A DNA stretch of 62,876 nucleotides, the filler included, from Asterionella formosa (taxonomy: Eukaryota): NCBI GenBank assembly GCA_002256025.1. It is 16 parts of 16 records of this genome, joined end to end, with 100 filler letters (N's around TTAATTAATTAA, not from the genome) between each part and the next. Parts side by side here need not be neighbours in the genome. Positions count along the whole stretch, not along the records: positions 6,295 to 37,740 come from NKIB01000672.1; 15 more parts are not named here. One strand, written 5' to 3'. A program made the translations under genes and the position numbers. Positions 11,501 to 21,762 of the stretch are shown one piece after another (position 1 is the first letter of the stretch; each line of letters starts with the position of its first letter). The notes under the pieces were generated by a model. The model ran no database searches, was not told the origin of the DNA, and saw nothing but the letters and a program-made list of their open reading frames with translations.

Positions 11501-14095
11501 CGAGCAATTATTCATAGGATATTTTATTTTATGGGAAAGTATGAATTCCTTGATGATGGAATACTGATTCAAAAGAGCAATGATGATCAGACTGTGTTAA
11601 TCCGGGCATTGGAGTATACAGTTAATATCGACGAAGTCAGGCAAACAAACCGTGAAAATCCCGGAATTGATGAGGCAGCCATCTGGGAAACTGGTGAATT
11701 TCCTGTAGAAACATCACTTTACGCGTGGACCACGTATTCAATCACATCCCGCAAGGTGTGCTTCAAGTTTATGAAGAGTCAACAAGCTTACAAGCGAGAA
11801 GTAATGTCTCGTGAAATCATGGGTGTATCGTTGGATGGACATCCATCTTCATCGAAAACATTCACTCCTTTGATCAACCATTTTAACTCACATGGACTTG
11901 AACGAAAGGTCGATCGACGATACAAACTCGATTGCCAGGATGACAGATTCAGCACTTTGCATATATTTGACGCTGATGGACTTTGTCGGCACGAAGGGAA
12001 GAAAATGTTTTTACCAGATTATCCTTTCGCTCTCGTCCTCCCTCTCCATGAAGGAGGTGACTTGTTCAGTCATTTTCTTAATCATGGAAAGATGAGCATG
12101 GAAGAGATCAGGTTGATAGGTAGACACATTGGCCAGGCTTTGACTGGCATGCACGAAAAGGGATTGGTCCACGGACAAGTTAGTTTGCAGCACATTTCTT
12201 CGATTGCACTACCCGATGTAGACGAAGGACACAACGGATATTGGACGCTCACAGGGCTATCATCAACTTGTATGCAGTCTTCCGATTCTTTCATGGCAGG
12301 AATTGAGGCCAGCGGAGTTGCTAATTTCTCAACAGGAAGCTTCCCCCCTGAGCTATTCACAAAACTAACACCGGGCGAACTTCTTATTTACAATCACTAC
12401 TGGGACACAGTACAAAGTGCATACAATGTTTCCCTTGATCCGACCGTTATCAACCCTCAAGTCGACTCGGCTACTGGCGAACCCTATGTTCTCAAATGTT
12501 ACTTCATGGGAGGCGACAAAGATGATCTTCCACCGCTTCCTTACCCGCTTGTCCCTGTGCGTGAGACCGTAGATATCTGGTCATTTGGAAAGACTCTGTT
12601 TACTTTATGTAGTTCCGGCCATCCCCTGTTTCCGACAAACATAAAAAGCGGACATGTCCTTGCATACGATCAAGTAGCAAAATGGGATCATGACAATGCT
12701 CGAGCCTTGATTTACAAAAACGTGGATGATCCACTTGCTCAAGATTTGTTACTGCATATCTTGACAATATTTGAGGATAGATCTATACTACAAATGGCAA
12801 CACTATTGATTCACCCATTCTTCACTCAACTGGAGAACAATGGTAGTCTTGGAACTATGCTCAAACAAATTGTTGAGCAGCGATCGATAGAAAGTAGAAT
12901 GTATATCCGATCACATGATGTCAAGAGTTCTGAGCAAGCTGAGAAGCAATGGCTGAGTCAACGGACAAAGTCTGTTGTCTGCTGGGATCTTGAGTTTCAA
13001 TCCAGAATATATTTGTCTCCTTCGAATCTCATCAAGCGTGGCTGCACAAAAGGTCAGACGATTGCAGATATGCCCTTAAGCCTGCTCGTTCTCCCCTACA
13101 AACTCCTTCGGAACAAATCTGGAAAGCTAACACCTTCAACAAAAAAGGATGTCGAACGAGCCGAACGGATGGGAATACAACTATTGGCACTGAGCAAAGC
13201 CTGCCACTTCGTTGCACTAATGGACCAAGTTGTGGATGGTAACGATGACAGCGAAGCCCACAAATGGTCGACCACGGAGGTCTCTGCTGCTATGGCGCTT
13301 TCCTCAGATGATTTCAAGGGTCTCGAGGAAGAAATGACAATTTTGGCAGCCCAAGAAATTGAGCTTTTTCGAGAGAATCCGGTACACGTCGCTCGTCGGC
13401 TGATACACGAGCGAATAAAGGATTTGCAGGCTAGTTTTGATGAATCCAAAAAGGCCTTCTTTTATCTTGTTGACGAGTATGAAGGCATTCCGATTGTTGA
13501 ACTTGACACACCCTATCCACACGAAGCCGATTGTAAGATTTCGGAACTCCTTCAAAATACTCTCCCGCTTATGCACTTGTCAGCTCTCTATATGAGAGGT
13601 GTCGCTGGAAGCGTCACAGGCCTCGTCAAGTTAATCTTTGAGGCCGCATACCCGCATATCCCGCCTTCGTGGAGCGCCGCCGCATCTGGATTAGAACATG
13701 TTTTCGATGAAGAACGCATAGTGATGGAAGTCAAACTTCTTCGTGGGGCAATCTCCGATCTCTATGGCAACAAGCGGGTAAATCCCTTAGACGATATTCA
13801 TTTTCTCCAGGAGTACTTGCAGACCTTTGATCCCCTCAACACATACGCTAATTTGAAGCGCGTGACCAGTGGTGAGTCGTCCTTGTGGACATCAGATAAG
13901 GGGCTGGAGAAGATTAACGACTTGGCAAGTGCTTCTTCAATTGAAAAAGCCCGCAAAGACCAGGCGGATCAAAAAGCAGCGCTAATGTGGCAACAGAAAA
14001 GGATTGTTGAACTTGAGAATGCCCTGGAAAATCTTGAGTTTCGAAGAGACCACGAGCTTAACGTTGGCGTGGACTGGAGTGCAGATGCACCATAA
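8564..14095 (+). CDS. Ankyrin-repeat protein with acidic linker, kinase-like (probably pseudokinase) domain and C-terminal coiled coil, 1843 aa
   Basis: Repeated G-x-T/L-P-L-H ankyrin motifs (GRTPLH, GALPLH, GKTPLH, GRLPLH, GMYPLH). Kinase landmarks VCFKF, GGDL and DIWSFG, but HGQ replaces HRD and there is no DFG. Single uninterrupted ORF. Confidence 0.88.
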   Translation: MGRYRGTLHKLVEQGPLKKGNWNVLLNYLEGHAVGDRDASNPAFDSPIPPYSIASPDLERELISAQGPKQDETPLRIAALCKACPSNVVAALCHLGPEAARLGDAKSRLPLHWACRRPTDDPDAEQALKILVSAYPQGLLHRDDGGRTPLHYLFWYHASTRSVNLVEHFLQELPSSFFTGLTQLPTIDGPTLPAIPRVTQGKSDVPHSAAIIYDCKHGALPLHYAVMGGASKEVVKLLLQHYPHAKLLVDRRGRSSLAWLFGAGEGEHVSGECPDPNAPPLYEQKVSSNIVHLLLGSKVARMTDDTGRTPLHWACWLSGKHYYMAQPETSCISVRVVQMLLDHYTEGLLVQDTNGKTPLHLLFDVVLAQQDVEWQRLLRNQLIRTDVDLRMGQAVPVYSPPRELVDLLLRCPDSETQRSAAHVEDEEGRLPLHAAVATGTSSEVIQTLIQSYPTALVHTTEETLQTPLHTALASPFIAPLQNEANISILLQAYVTSRHGTFVNGKLALKLEDSNGMYPLHHACQNQACLNVISTLVDRYPRACRFPNGNGDLPVHCLLNQESFFGSTEYTLGASLAAPMGWMSQEEESFRVSSLQVMQQKIHVVVKTLATDNISLMVGSSAHGMLPLHIVVAFDAAPYVMIYHMLETCPIATQQCTTAVGHSYTPLDLHDMRRPAAKDENHWNQVCELLFAYGPTLETHRHNDELLDRFASLIRDEITGVGSYHLTEWIDMKKTMSFHDLAINETLSTVQAPEIDTGTKPKPKTPRSTPKAQALAKKSKKKKKPSPTKSPQGSKKKSIYDDDGDGGYVVSIGSEYDDDEFSGCDQSDEEYDSEYDSDTFDRNGTFDENTFQTESRTLDDETSLGQTFDDLTIADEKKGVEPSSDSAIPVLNVPSDNEKEKQVATPFLSQVALRIFTFFVLYRNPFSVEDNYSKQVDMILDSLDFSIAEKLVSLEVPWFAKEYVRNEHGSTFAQAANNFCRAIIHRIFYFMGKYEFLDDGILIQKSNDDQTVLIRALEYTVNIDEVRQTNRENPGIDEAAIWETGEFPVETSLYAWTTYSITSRKVCFKFMKSQQAYKREVMSREIMGVSLDGHPSSSKTFTPLINHFNSHGLERKVDRRYKLDCQDDRFSTLHIFDADGLCRHEGKKMFLPDYPFALVLPLHEGGDLFSHFLNHGKMSMEEIRLIGRHIGQALTGMHEKGLVHGQVSLQHISSIALPDVDEGHNGYWTLTGLSSTCMQSSDSFMAGIEASGVANFSTGSFPPELFTKLTPGELLIYNHYWDTVQSAYNVSLDPTVINPQVDSATGEPYVLKCYFMGGDKDDLPPLPYPLVPVRETVDIWSFGKTLFTLCSSGHPLFPTNIKSGHVLAYDQVAKWDHDNARALIYKNVDDPLAQDLLLHILTIFEDRSILQMATLLIHPFFTQLENNGSLGTMLKQIVEQRSIESRMYIRSHDVKSSEQAEKQWLSQRTKSVVCWDLEFQSRIYLSPSNLIKRGCTKGQTIADMPLSLLVLPYKLLRNKSGKLTPSTKKDVERAERMGIQLLALSKACHFVALMDQVVDGNDDSEAHKWSTTEVSAAMALSSDDFKGLEEEMTILAAQEIELFRENPVHVARRLIHERIKDLQASFDESKKAFFYLVDEYEGIPIVELDTPYPHEADCKISELLQNTLPLMHLSALYMRGVAGSVTGLVKLIFEAAYPHIPPSWSAAASGLEHVFDEERIVMEVKLLRGAISDLYGNKRVNPLDDIHFLQEYLQTFDPLNTYANLKRVTSGESSLWTSDKGLEKINDLASASSIEKARKDQADQKAALMWQQKRIVELENALENLEFRRDHELNVGVDWSADAP

Positions 14096-14407
14096 GGATG
14101 TCATAGTACTTACCAGAAAAATAGGTAGCTTTGTCAATTAGAATAGATTCTTTATGTTTATGGAGTAATTATTTTCCTGGGTTCGACAACATAACTGAGC
14201 AGTGGCATAAGCAACATTGGAAAATATATTGCAAGTCGAGGAGAATTTCGAAGGAAACGGAGTGGTATTAAGGGTCAGCGTGATTTGCACATCACGATTC
14301 ATGTATACCTAAGTTATTCTCGATTGCTAATATTTTCAAATTGCTGCTTTCCTATCTTGTCCATTTGGTTTCTTTTTTCTTTCTTTCACTAATGTGCTAC
14401 CAATAAT

Positions 14408-15268
14408 TTACCACCTTGCCTCTTGTTCATCAAACCAGTGCTTACCCGAATAATCAGCATCAATAGTGGCTAACAAAAAAGGAGTTCTGGCCCCCCGTTC
14501 TGCAGGTCTTGTACCTTGGTAATTATTTTGATCTGTCGCACAGTATCCAGGATCAACACTATTGACCAACAAATCAGGTCGATCCCGGGCTAGAGTTTTG
14601 GTGTAGGCTATGATTCCCAGTTTGCTCATACCATAGCATGTATTCGGCCATCCATTCTGAGAGTGGACACCGCTCTCGACTTGCTTGACAAAGGTACTCA
14701 TGTAGGTTTCGAGATTATTCATTGTCAGCGACGGATCCGTAAAGAGATCTACTTTTTGTTGCGACTTCATTATAGCCAGCCGACCCGCTGAACTGGCAAT
14801 ATTGATGACACGCCCTGACTTTGGGAGCAAGGGTAAAAGTGCATTCGTCAATTTGCACGTGCCGAAGAAGTTCGTTTGAATAGTAATATTGGCTTGTTGT
14901 TCAAAGGGCGTGTACGGAACTTTGCCAAAGAGGGTTGGATCGTTGAAGCAAATGGCAGCATTGTTCACTAAAATATCCAGTTTACCGAACTTCTTTTCCA
15001 CATAGTCGCGACATTTCTCAATGCTCACAGAGTCAGTCAGATCCAAAAATACAGAATGCTCGCATCCCAACCTTGCCGCTGCTTCCTCCCCATTGGTCCG
15101 GCATGCGAAAATTGTGGTGATTCCAGCATCATGCAGCTTTTTGGCAATTTCAAAGCCAATGCCCTTGTTGGCGCCAGTTACCAAGGCCACTCGAGACCTG
15201 CCAGTCGACAACGGAGTGCCAAATTGAGAGAGCATCATCATGAGGAGAGCAAGGCTAACCGGTTTCAT
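14408..15268 (-). CDS. Short-chain dehydrogenase/reductase, carbonyl reductase (CBR)-like, with predicted signal peptide
   Basis: VTGANKGIG Rossmann motif, LDILVNNA, catalytic YGMSK, VDPGYCATD, and a hydrophobic N-terminus. Confidence 0.92.
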   Translation of the reverse strand: MKPVSLALLMMMLSQFGTPLSTGRSRVALVTGANKGIGFEIAKKLHDAGITTIFACRTNGEEAAARLGCEHSVFLDLTDSVSIEKCRDYVEKKFGKLDILVNNAAICFNDPTLFGKVPYTPFEQQANITIQTNFFGTCKLTNALLPLLPKSGRVINIASSAGRLAIMKSQQKVDLFTDPSLTMNNLETYMSTFVKQVESGVHSQNGWPNTCYGMSKLGIIAYTKTLARDRPDLLVNSVDPGYCATDQNNYQGTRPAERGARTPFLLATIDADYSGKHWFDEQEARW

Positions 15269-15599
15269 TTGGTGGTATTCATGAAACGAACCCCGAGAAT
15301 AACATGGTCTTATCGGTCAAGCAGATATACATAGGAGATCATGTGTGCAATTTTTTTTGGGAGCGCTCGCAATACAAAATTTATGTTTGCCAAAAATTAT
15401 TATCACATCGTAGTTGCGCTCTGATATTACTCGAATTATTTTTGATTACTTTTATCTCACTTAAAATAAAAATTTAACTTAACTTTTAATGCTCTCATTG
15501 GTTACTATGCCTCCTCTCATTCATTAAATAGTATAATTATCATCTTCTTTGAGAAAATCTGTCAAATCTAGTTCACTCAACAGGTTGCTAATTGGGAGG

Positions 15600-17560
15600 C
15601 ACTGGTGCACCTAGTTTTGATTTGAACATTGCCTTGAGTGATGATCTTTACTTCACTTTTTATCTTTTTATGTTTCCTAAATTGGTCAGTCTTGTCAATG
15701 GCCTTGTTATTCTTCCAATTGTTAATAGCTAGTTGCCATGAAAAATCTATACTGTTACCCTTTGGAGTCAACTTGCAAGAATAATTGTTCGGCTAGCTAG
15801 GATGCATGTTATATGCAAGATCTGTTGTTCACCATCAGTGAACTTGATAGTCAGCGAATATTCGAGAATCCAAAATGGGGTTTCTGTGTTTCCTGCCAAT
15901 GTATAGACCTTCTGAGTTTCTTTTTATCACAACATGGACTGTGGCTATTTTACTTCTGACAAAGATAAATATTTTCATTGATAAACTCTTAAGGCAGGTC
16001 CTGAAACCACCTCCCCATCCAGTACTACTGAATTGTAATTTGTTTTTTCATCATCTTCCTCAATCATGTACATAGAGTTCATCAGCCATGCATGTCATCT
16101 TGTGGGGAGTTCTGAATTAAGGTTTCGTCAAAATCAGAATACAGTTCTGCAATCCCAGCATCCAAATCTTTTCCCAACTCTAGTAGCTCAGTGGCATCCA
16201 GTAGTTCTTCTTTGTTCAAGGCCCTGATCGTTGAACATGCAATCACCTTACCAGCCATTTTTCTTGAGAAAAAAGTAGCACATTGCCTGTCCTACTAAGT
16301 TTTGTGCAACTCCTTACCAATGACCAAGATCGTTTTCTGTGCCTCTGCCTTTCAAAACATGATATTTCACCCAGCCACAGAAGTCAAAGTTGAGGTACTC
16401 GGAGATATCGTGTTGGGTGTCTCTCCTGTTATCGCTTCAATTGGTCTTCGGTCATCAGTTATTGGTCAGGAAAGGTATCATGCATATTTAATGCCGTAAT
16501 CCTAAAACCGTTCTGGACACCAATGAGAGCTATGAAATAAACAGCAGAAGTGTTGCTTAAATTCTTGGATTTCTCTCTCTGTATGGTTCTGCCAGGGGGA
16601 ATGAGGTTCCGTGGTCCTCTGTACATACATATTTATTCCTTACACAGTCGCAATCCCACCCGTTTCTTCTTCAGAACTTTCAGAAACTCTGTACTTGGGA
16701 CCAATGGGGCTGACCCTTCCCTGAAATTGGAAATGTTCTTCTTGCATGACCGTTTTCTGAAACAAAAAGTTTGGCACAAGTATTGCTCTCATGCTGGTGT
16801 TCTCATTGAATATGTAATCTGTATACACCGATACTTGCAAGTGCGTACTATGGATCAGGTGGGCCTGCCTGGTGCGAAAGCCTCTAGTGATTATGTTGTG
16901 GTCAGTATACCTGAAACCTTGTTGAGTGGAACTCTCGAGGTTTTTCAAGGCCACTTCCAGAATATTCCCCATCGACTAGCCAGCAAGGGTGACGGGGTAA
17001 GCCATGGACCAAAGATCCAGGCTGAAAATATAAGCAACGTGGCGTGACACAGGATCGAAGGACTGAAATTGTTTATTGATCATTTCATAGTATGTGTGAC
17101 CAGAGGAGATGGTGTAGAAGGGATGTTGGGTTATCGTGTATGGGGAGAAGTATGGTTCTGACATTAGAGTTTCATCGTCAAAAAACAGCTGACATTGTTA
17201 TGTCCTGCTCAATCAGACAATCTTTTTGATTAACCTTCACTTCCAAAACACACTGATCAATTGTTGCAATTCAAATCACTTCCAATTTTTGATTTTGCCT
17301 TCTTTCTGCAAACTATTTCTAATCTGTCAATGGCGCATACCCATTTTAAAATTTCTGTTGAAACTTGTAGATATCATTCACCTCGGCAAGCTTTTGGCGA
17401 CTCTGACAAATTGCCTCATCCTATTTGGAAGTGTGCTAAAGGTTTTAGCAAACAGGCAAGGATTTCCTTCTGTGCCATGGCTTTTGCTTGGTCTTGTTCT
17501 TCTTACTCTTTTTCCTTCCTATTGTGTTTCCCTTAATTAATGACAATCAATTTCAAAGTA
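15600..17560 (-). mobile_element. Heavily decayed Ty1/Copia (CoDi-like) gag-pol relic
   Basis: Broken integrase-region peptides (LESSTQQGFRY...RGFRTRQAHL...VYTDYIF) with many stops and frameshifts, and few CpG sites. Boundaries are approximate. Confidence 0.6.
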
Positions 17561-18675
17561 TCTGACAAGCCAATCATGGAACATGGAATGAATGGTACAA
17601 ACTATCACCAAGAATGTCCATGACTCAATGAGGAAGGATTTGCTGCTTGATCATTACAATAAAAATGCATTGATGGTGAGAATCAAACAATGTAAAATGG
17701 AGTTATTCATTATGGTGAGTGAAGTGATTAATTGCGAGGCTATGGCTGAGCATATATGGCATGTGTTATATCACCAAGAGATTCATGATTAAATATTAAT
17801 GACTGATGGTATATTCATGATACATACTGGGTATTTCTTAAAATGAAGAGTCAATGAACATCAAATATTTGACTTTACTTTTATGCATGCGAATCAAATA
17901 TTTGGTGATTCTAATTTTCCATCATACCATGACAAGCTATGGGCGGCTATAGAAAGGATTGTATGTAAACGGTGACTGGTATTGTATGGTAAGCAACTGG
18001 AACAAAAAGAATCGCCACATTGAAGATGGCATCAACAGTATATGTATGATTGTACCTGTGATTCTTATTAGATCGTGCTTATTCTCTAATGCCTTCGTTT
18101 TTATTAACTTTACTCAAGAAGTTCTGGTATACTCGGAGTACTAAATAATATTTAGACATCAAGGAGTAGGTCGACCGGTAGTCACAACAGTTAGATAAAT
18201 TTGAGTGCCAAATAAATTCATATACAAAGTACGCAATAATAGAATGCATACACTCCTCCACTCTACTAATAACGTATGTACTGTGACGGATTTGGTTTTC
18301 ATGTACCATATTCATATCATACATGTACCGGTATGTAGGATCATTCTTTTATCATCGAATTTGAAATTGATCCAACGTGATGTTGCACACAACTATTAGC
18401 AAGCGAACCGTACGCACTATAACCGCGTATTTCAAGTTCCTCCCCCCCCTACAAATAATCGCTCTCCTTGATGAAATTCTTCGTATATCTTTGTTCGTTC
18501 ACGCAAGTGCCGCTCTGTTCAAGCCTGCACTGAAAAAGGTCTAGAAACCACCGCACATGATGTGTAATCTTTGTTCAAGCACTCACTCTTCAGGTTTGCG
18601 TTGCATATCGCACACTCTTAACATCCATCATCGCTGATCCAACAATATTACTCGTCCTTTCCTTGCAACGAAGCG

Positions 18676-21600
18676 ATGGCATCTTGTAAGCAGGAGCCAC
18701 GCACCAAACGAGCCGATGAGGAATTCATCAGCAACTTTGACACTGAGCTCACGGAGTGCGATCGCATTCCCTTGCATCACATCGATAGTATTCAGGCAAA
18801 TTCAGGCCATGTTGTGTATTGGAGTTATCCCTGTGGGAGCATTGTCGCATCAGACGCTCTCATTCACCAGGTGAAATGGATCCGAAAGCGTGACGACCAT
18901 GAAAGTAAGGGGAAGGGGGGATTCGAGGAGGATACTACCGGCACTCCTGACAAATCACCGCCTTCCTTGTTGGGAGACTCATTGCACAAGTGGATCCCCA
19001 AGATTCTCTACGATGACATTCTGGACGTTGTCAGAGGAATGGTGACGGCATGCTCCCAACGAGCCTTTCACTTCGCGACATTCGATAATCAAACATACGC
19101 ATTTTCTCTCTCGACCACTTTCTCGGACTATTCCTTGATTGGCATGGAAATTGAACATGTCAGGCCAAATGACAATTCCGAGAGCTTCTTGAATATCCTC
19201 GTGCATTTGGGTCGCATTTTGGATTGCCAGGTCCACGAAGTCATTGTCAACACAGCATGTGATATTCTCTTCGCATCTCTCGGATGCTATGATCGAGCTT
19301 TGGTGTATCGTTTTAATGACGACTTGTCGGGAGAGGTTATACATGAAATCAAAAATGAACACATTACTTCCTCGTACATGGGATTGCGTTTTCCCAGCTC
19401 GGATATACCCCTTTCTGCCAGACAACTATACTTGCATAACGGGTTGAGATACATTCATGACACTGAGGTTGACAGCGTACCTTTGGTGGCCAACAGTGAT
19501 GCTAAAATTGACTTGACGCAATGTCGCATGCGCGCCGTCGCCAAACCACATATTCTTTATTTGCGCAATATGGGCATGGTGTGTTCGCTCTCTTTTGCCA
19601 TTATTGTGGACAACGAGCTATGGGGACTTTTTGCCTTTCATGGATATGGTAAGCCCACAAAGCCTTCACTCCATCAACGCATCGCTTGTGAAACGATTAC
19701 ATCCATGGTTTCCGTCCGAATTGAAGCAATAATCAAGAAAGCCCAGAGTGGGCGGATCATATGTTTGGGGGAAACTCTGATGAGTTTGAAGAAAGGTCAA
19801 AGCGTGATTCACAACTTACATGATTGGGGTGAAGGTCTACTGGCAACGCTTGATGCTGATGTGCTTGTGGGACATATCCAAGACCCTCATGCAGAGGAAG
19901 GCGACATAATTGTCCTGGGCGATGCAAGCCTCGCTCCATCCGCCGAGTTCTGGTCAAAACTTGCTGTATCCCAACCTATTCAAGAACTCTGTGTCATGTC
20001 AACACGACATGAAATTGAGAAAAAAGGGTTGACCAAATTCGACTGTCCAGCATCCGGTGTCGTTTACTTTCGACAGGACCGCATGCACATCATGCTGGGA
20101 CGGGATGTACGCTCTAAGGATGTCTTGTGGGCTGGAGATCCCGACAAATCTAAAGTGCATATTGGAGGGATTCTAAGTCCTCGCAATTCATTTGCCAAGT
20201 TTATGGTGAAAGCCCATCAGGAGTCGCGAGCCTGGGATACTCATGACCTCAAAGTCATTTCCGTTTTTCGGGATCGTATTTGCAATCACTCTCATAGGTG
20301 GATGATGGAATTGCTTCGGAATAATATTGATGACACTAACCGCAAATATCTGCTGGCTATTGAAAGGGCCAGAGACAACTACGCATTCTTTGCGCACATG
20401 AGTCATGAACTCCGGACGCCCTTTCATGGTGTGATGGGATGTCTAAACATTTTGAACGATTCATCAGATGATATGTCGAGAGAGGAAATGAACGTCCTTA
20501 TGAATACCGCACTCACATCAGGGCAACATATGATCAATTTGCTGGATGAAATTTTGAACATTTCCAAGAATACACATCTATCTCATACTTGCTCAAATGA
20601 TGCAGTCATCTATCAGACCTTGGCATTCGAAGCAATTGACGGAATGAAGACATTTGCCATTTCAAGGAAGATTCCACTGACCTGTGAGATTATTCCCAAG
20701 AACGATAAGGTTATCATTCACACTGATCGTACAAAAGTCATTCAGATCGTGTCAAATACTGTGAACAATTCAATTAAATTTACAAGTCAAGGAGGAGTCA
20801 ACGTGCGATTTACGCTTGTTGACACGCTTCAGATAGCAATGGCGGAATGCGACCAAATTTCATGCAAACATTCTGGAGTTGTTTACATACTAAAAGAGGG
20901 TGAAATATTTACGTCGATTGACTCGGTGCGGTCACACATGCAGAGAATCCCAAATATTCACAACCAGAAATGGATGTGCATACGTGTTTCTGACTCGGGA
21001 TGTGGCATAGCACCATCAGAATTGGTCAGTATGTTTGAGCCATACACACAAGCCAGTGCCGGGAGTAATCGGACATTCCAGGGAACAGGCCTGGGTCTGT
21101 TTATTTGTGTGTCGCTTTGCCAGCAACTTGCGGGATTTATGGTTTGTGCCAGTACACCCGGTCAAGGAACAGTGTTCCATATTGGTATCCCAGTTCAGCT
21201 GGGAGATGACGCTATTCCTATTGAGCTTGCAGATGTTGACAGATTATCGCCTTTGACTGGTGCAGTAGATGTTATTGTTATGCGAGGGCCCATTATGATA
21301 GTAGATGACAACAAGGTGAATGTTCGAATCCTTCATCGTGCATTGCAAATTGGCCTCAAATCTGCAAATAAAGATATCCAAGTGCTCACAGCAGAAGGGG
21401 GTGAAGCTGCCATCGCCCTCTACAAGGATGCTCACCCTTCGCTTTGTATCATTGACTATCACATGCCTGAGACTGATGGGATCGCTGCCACGGGTGCCAT
21501 TCGAGCCTACGAGGAGGCGCATGGCTTCGATGCATCACTTATACTCTGTTATACGGCCGATGTCACTGATCAGACCAAACTGCTGTTACTCAGGTCTGGT

Positions 21601-21762
21601 TTTGATAATGTGATCTCCAAACCACCATACAAGGGATTTATCGTTGAGCTAGTGGCCCGACTCCAAGTGGTTGAAGATAAGGTGGAATGCACGGGATTCA
21701 AGGAGACAATAGAAGAGGGGAATGATGCAGGCTACAGAGGGGACCAAATCACCCCTATTTAG
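18676..21762 (+). CDS. DPH: Diatom-type phytochrome: PAS-GAF-PHY photosensor fused to a hybrid histidine kinase and receiver, 1028 aa
   Basis: N-terminal bilin-binding Cys (ELTECDRIPLH), FPSSDIP, KPHILYLRNMG, WAGDP and PRNSF tongue. H-box MSHELRTP, NNSIKFT, DSGCGI, GTGLGL. Receiver IVDDN...IIDYHMP...KP. Confidence 0.95.
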   Translation: MASCKQEPRTKRADEEFISNFDTELTECDRIPLHHIDSIQANSGHVVYWSYPCGSIVASDALIHQVKWIRKRDDHESKGKGGFEEDTTGTPDKSPPSLLGDSLHKWIPKILYDDILDVVRGMVTACSQRAFHFATFDNQTYAFSLSTTFSDYSLIGMEIEHVRPNDNSESFLNILVHLGRILDCQVHEVIVNTACDILFASLGCYDRALVYRFNDDLSGEVIHEIKNEHITSSYMGLRFPSSDIPLSARQLYLHNGLRYIHDTEVDSVPLVANSDAKIDLTQCRMRAVAKPHILYLRNMGMVCSLSFAIIVDNELWGLFAFHGYGKPTKPSLHQRIACETITSMVSVRIEAIIKKAQSGRIICLGETLMSLKKGQSVIHNLHDWGEGLLATLDADVLVGHIQDPHAEEGDIIVLGDASLAPSAEFWSKLAVSQPIQELCVMSTRHEIEKKGLTKFDCPASGVVYFRQDRMHIMLGRDVRSKDVLWAGDPDKSKVHIGGILSPRNSFAKFMVKAHQESRAWDTHDLKVISVFRDRICNHSHRWMMELLRNNIDDTNRKYLLAIERARDNYAFFAHMSHELRTPFHGVMGCLNILNDSSDDMSREEMNVLMNTALTSGQHMINLLDEILNISKNTHLSHTCSNDAVIYQTLAFEAIDGMKTFAISRKIPLTCEIIPKNDKVIIHTDRTKVIQIVSNTVNNSIKFTSQGGVNVRFTLVDTLQIAMAECDQISCKHSGVVYILKEGEIFTSIDSVRSHMQRIPNIHNQKWMCIRVSDSGCGIAPSELVSMFEPYTQASAGSNRTFQGTGLGLFICVSLCQQLAGFMVCASTPGQGTVFHIGIPVQLGDDAIPIELADVDRLSPLTGAVDVIVMRGPIMIVDDNKVNVRILHRALQIGLKSANKDIQVLTAEGGEAAIALYKDAHPSLCIIDYHMPETDGIAATGAIRAYEEAHGFDASLILCYTADVTDQTKLLLLRSGFDNVISKPPYKGFIVELVARLQVVEDKVECTGFKETIEEGNDAGYRGDQITPI

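Noticed and set aside
9305..13576. Many antisense and alternate-frame ORFs inside long genes (also within 18676-21762, 23540-28660 and 29308-30711)
   Set aside because: They are shadow ORFs with no motifs, overlapping well-supported CDS.
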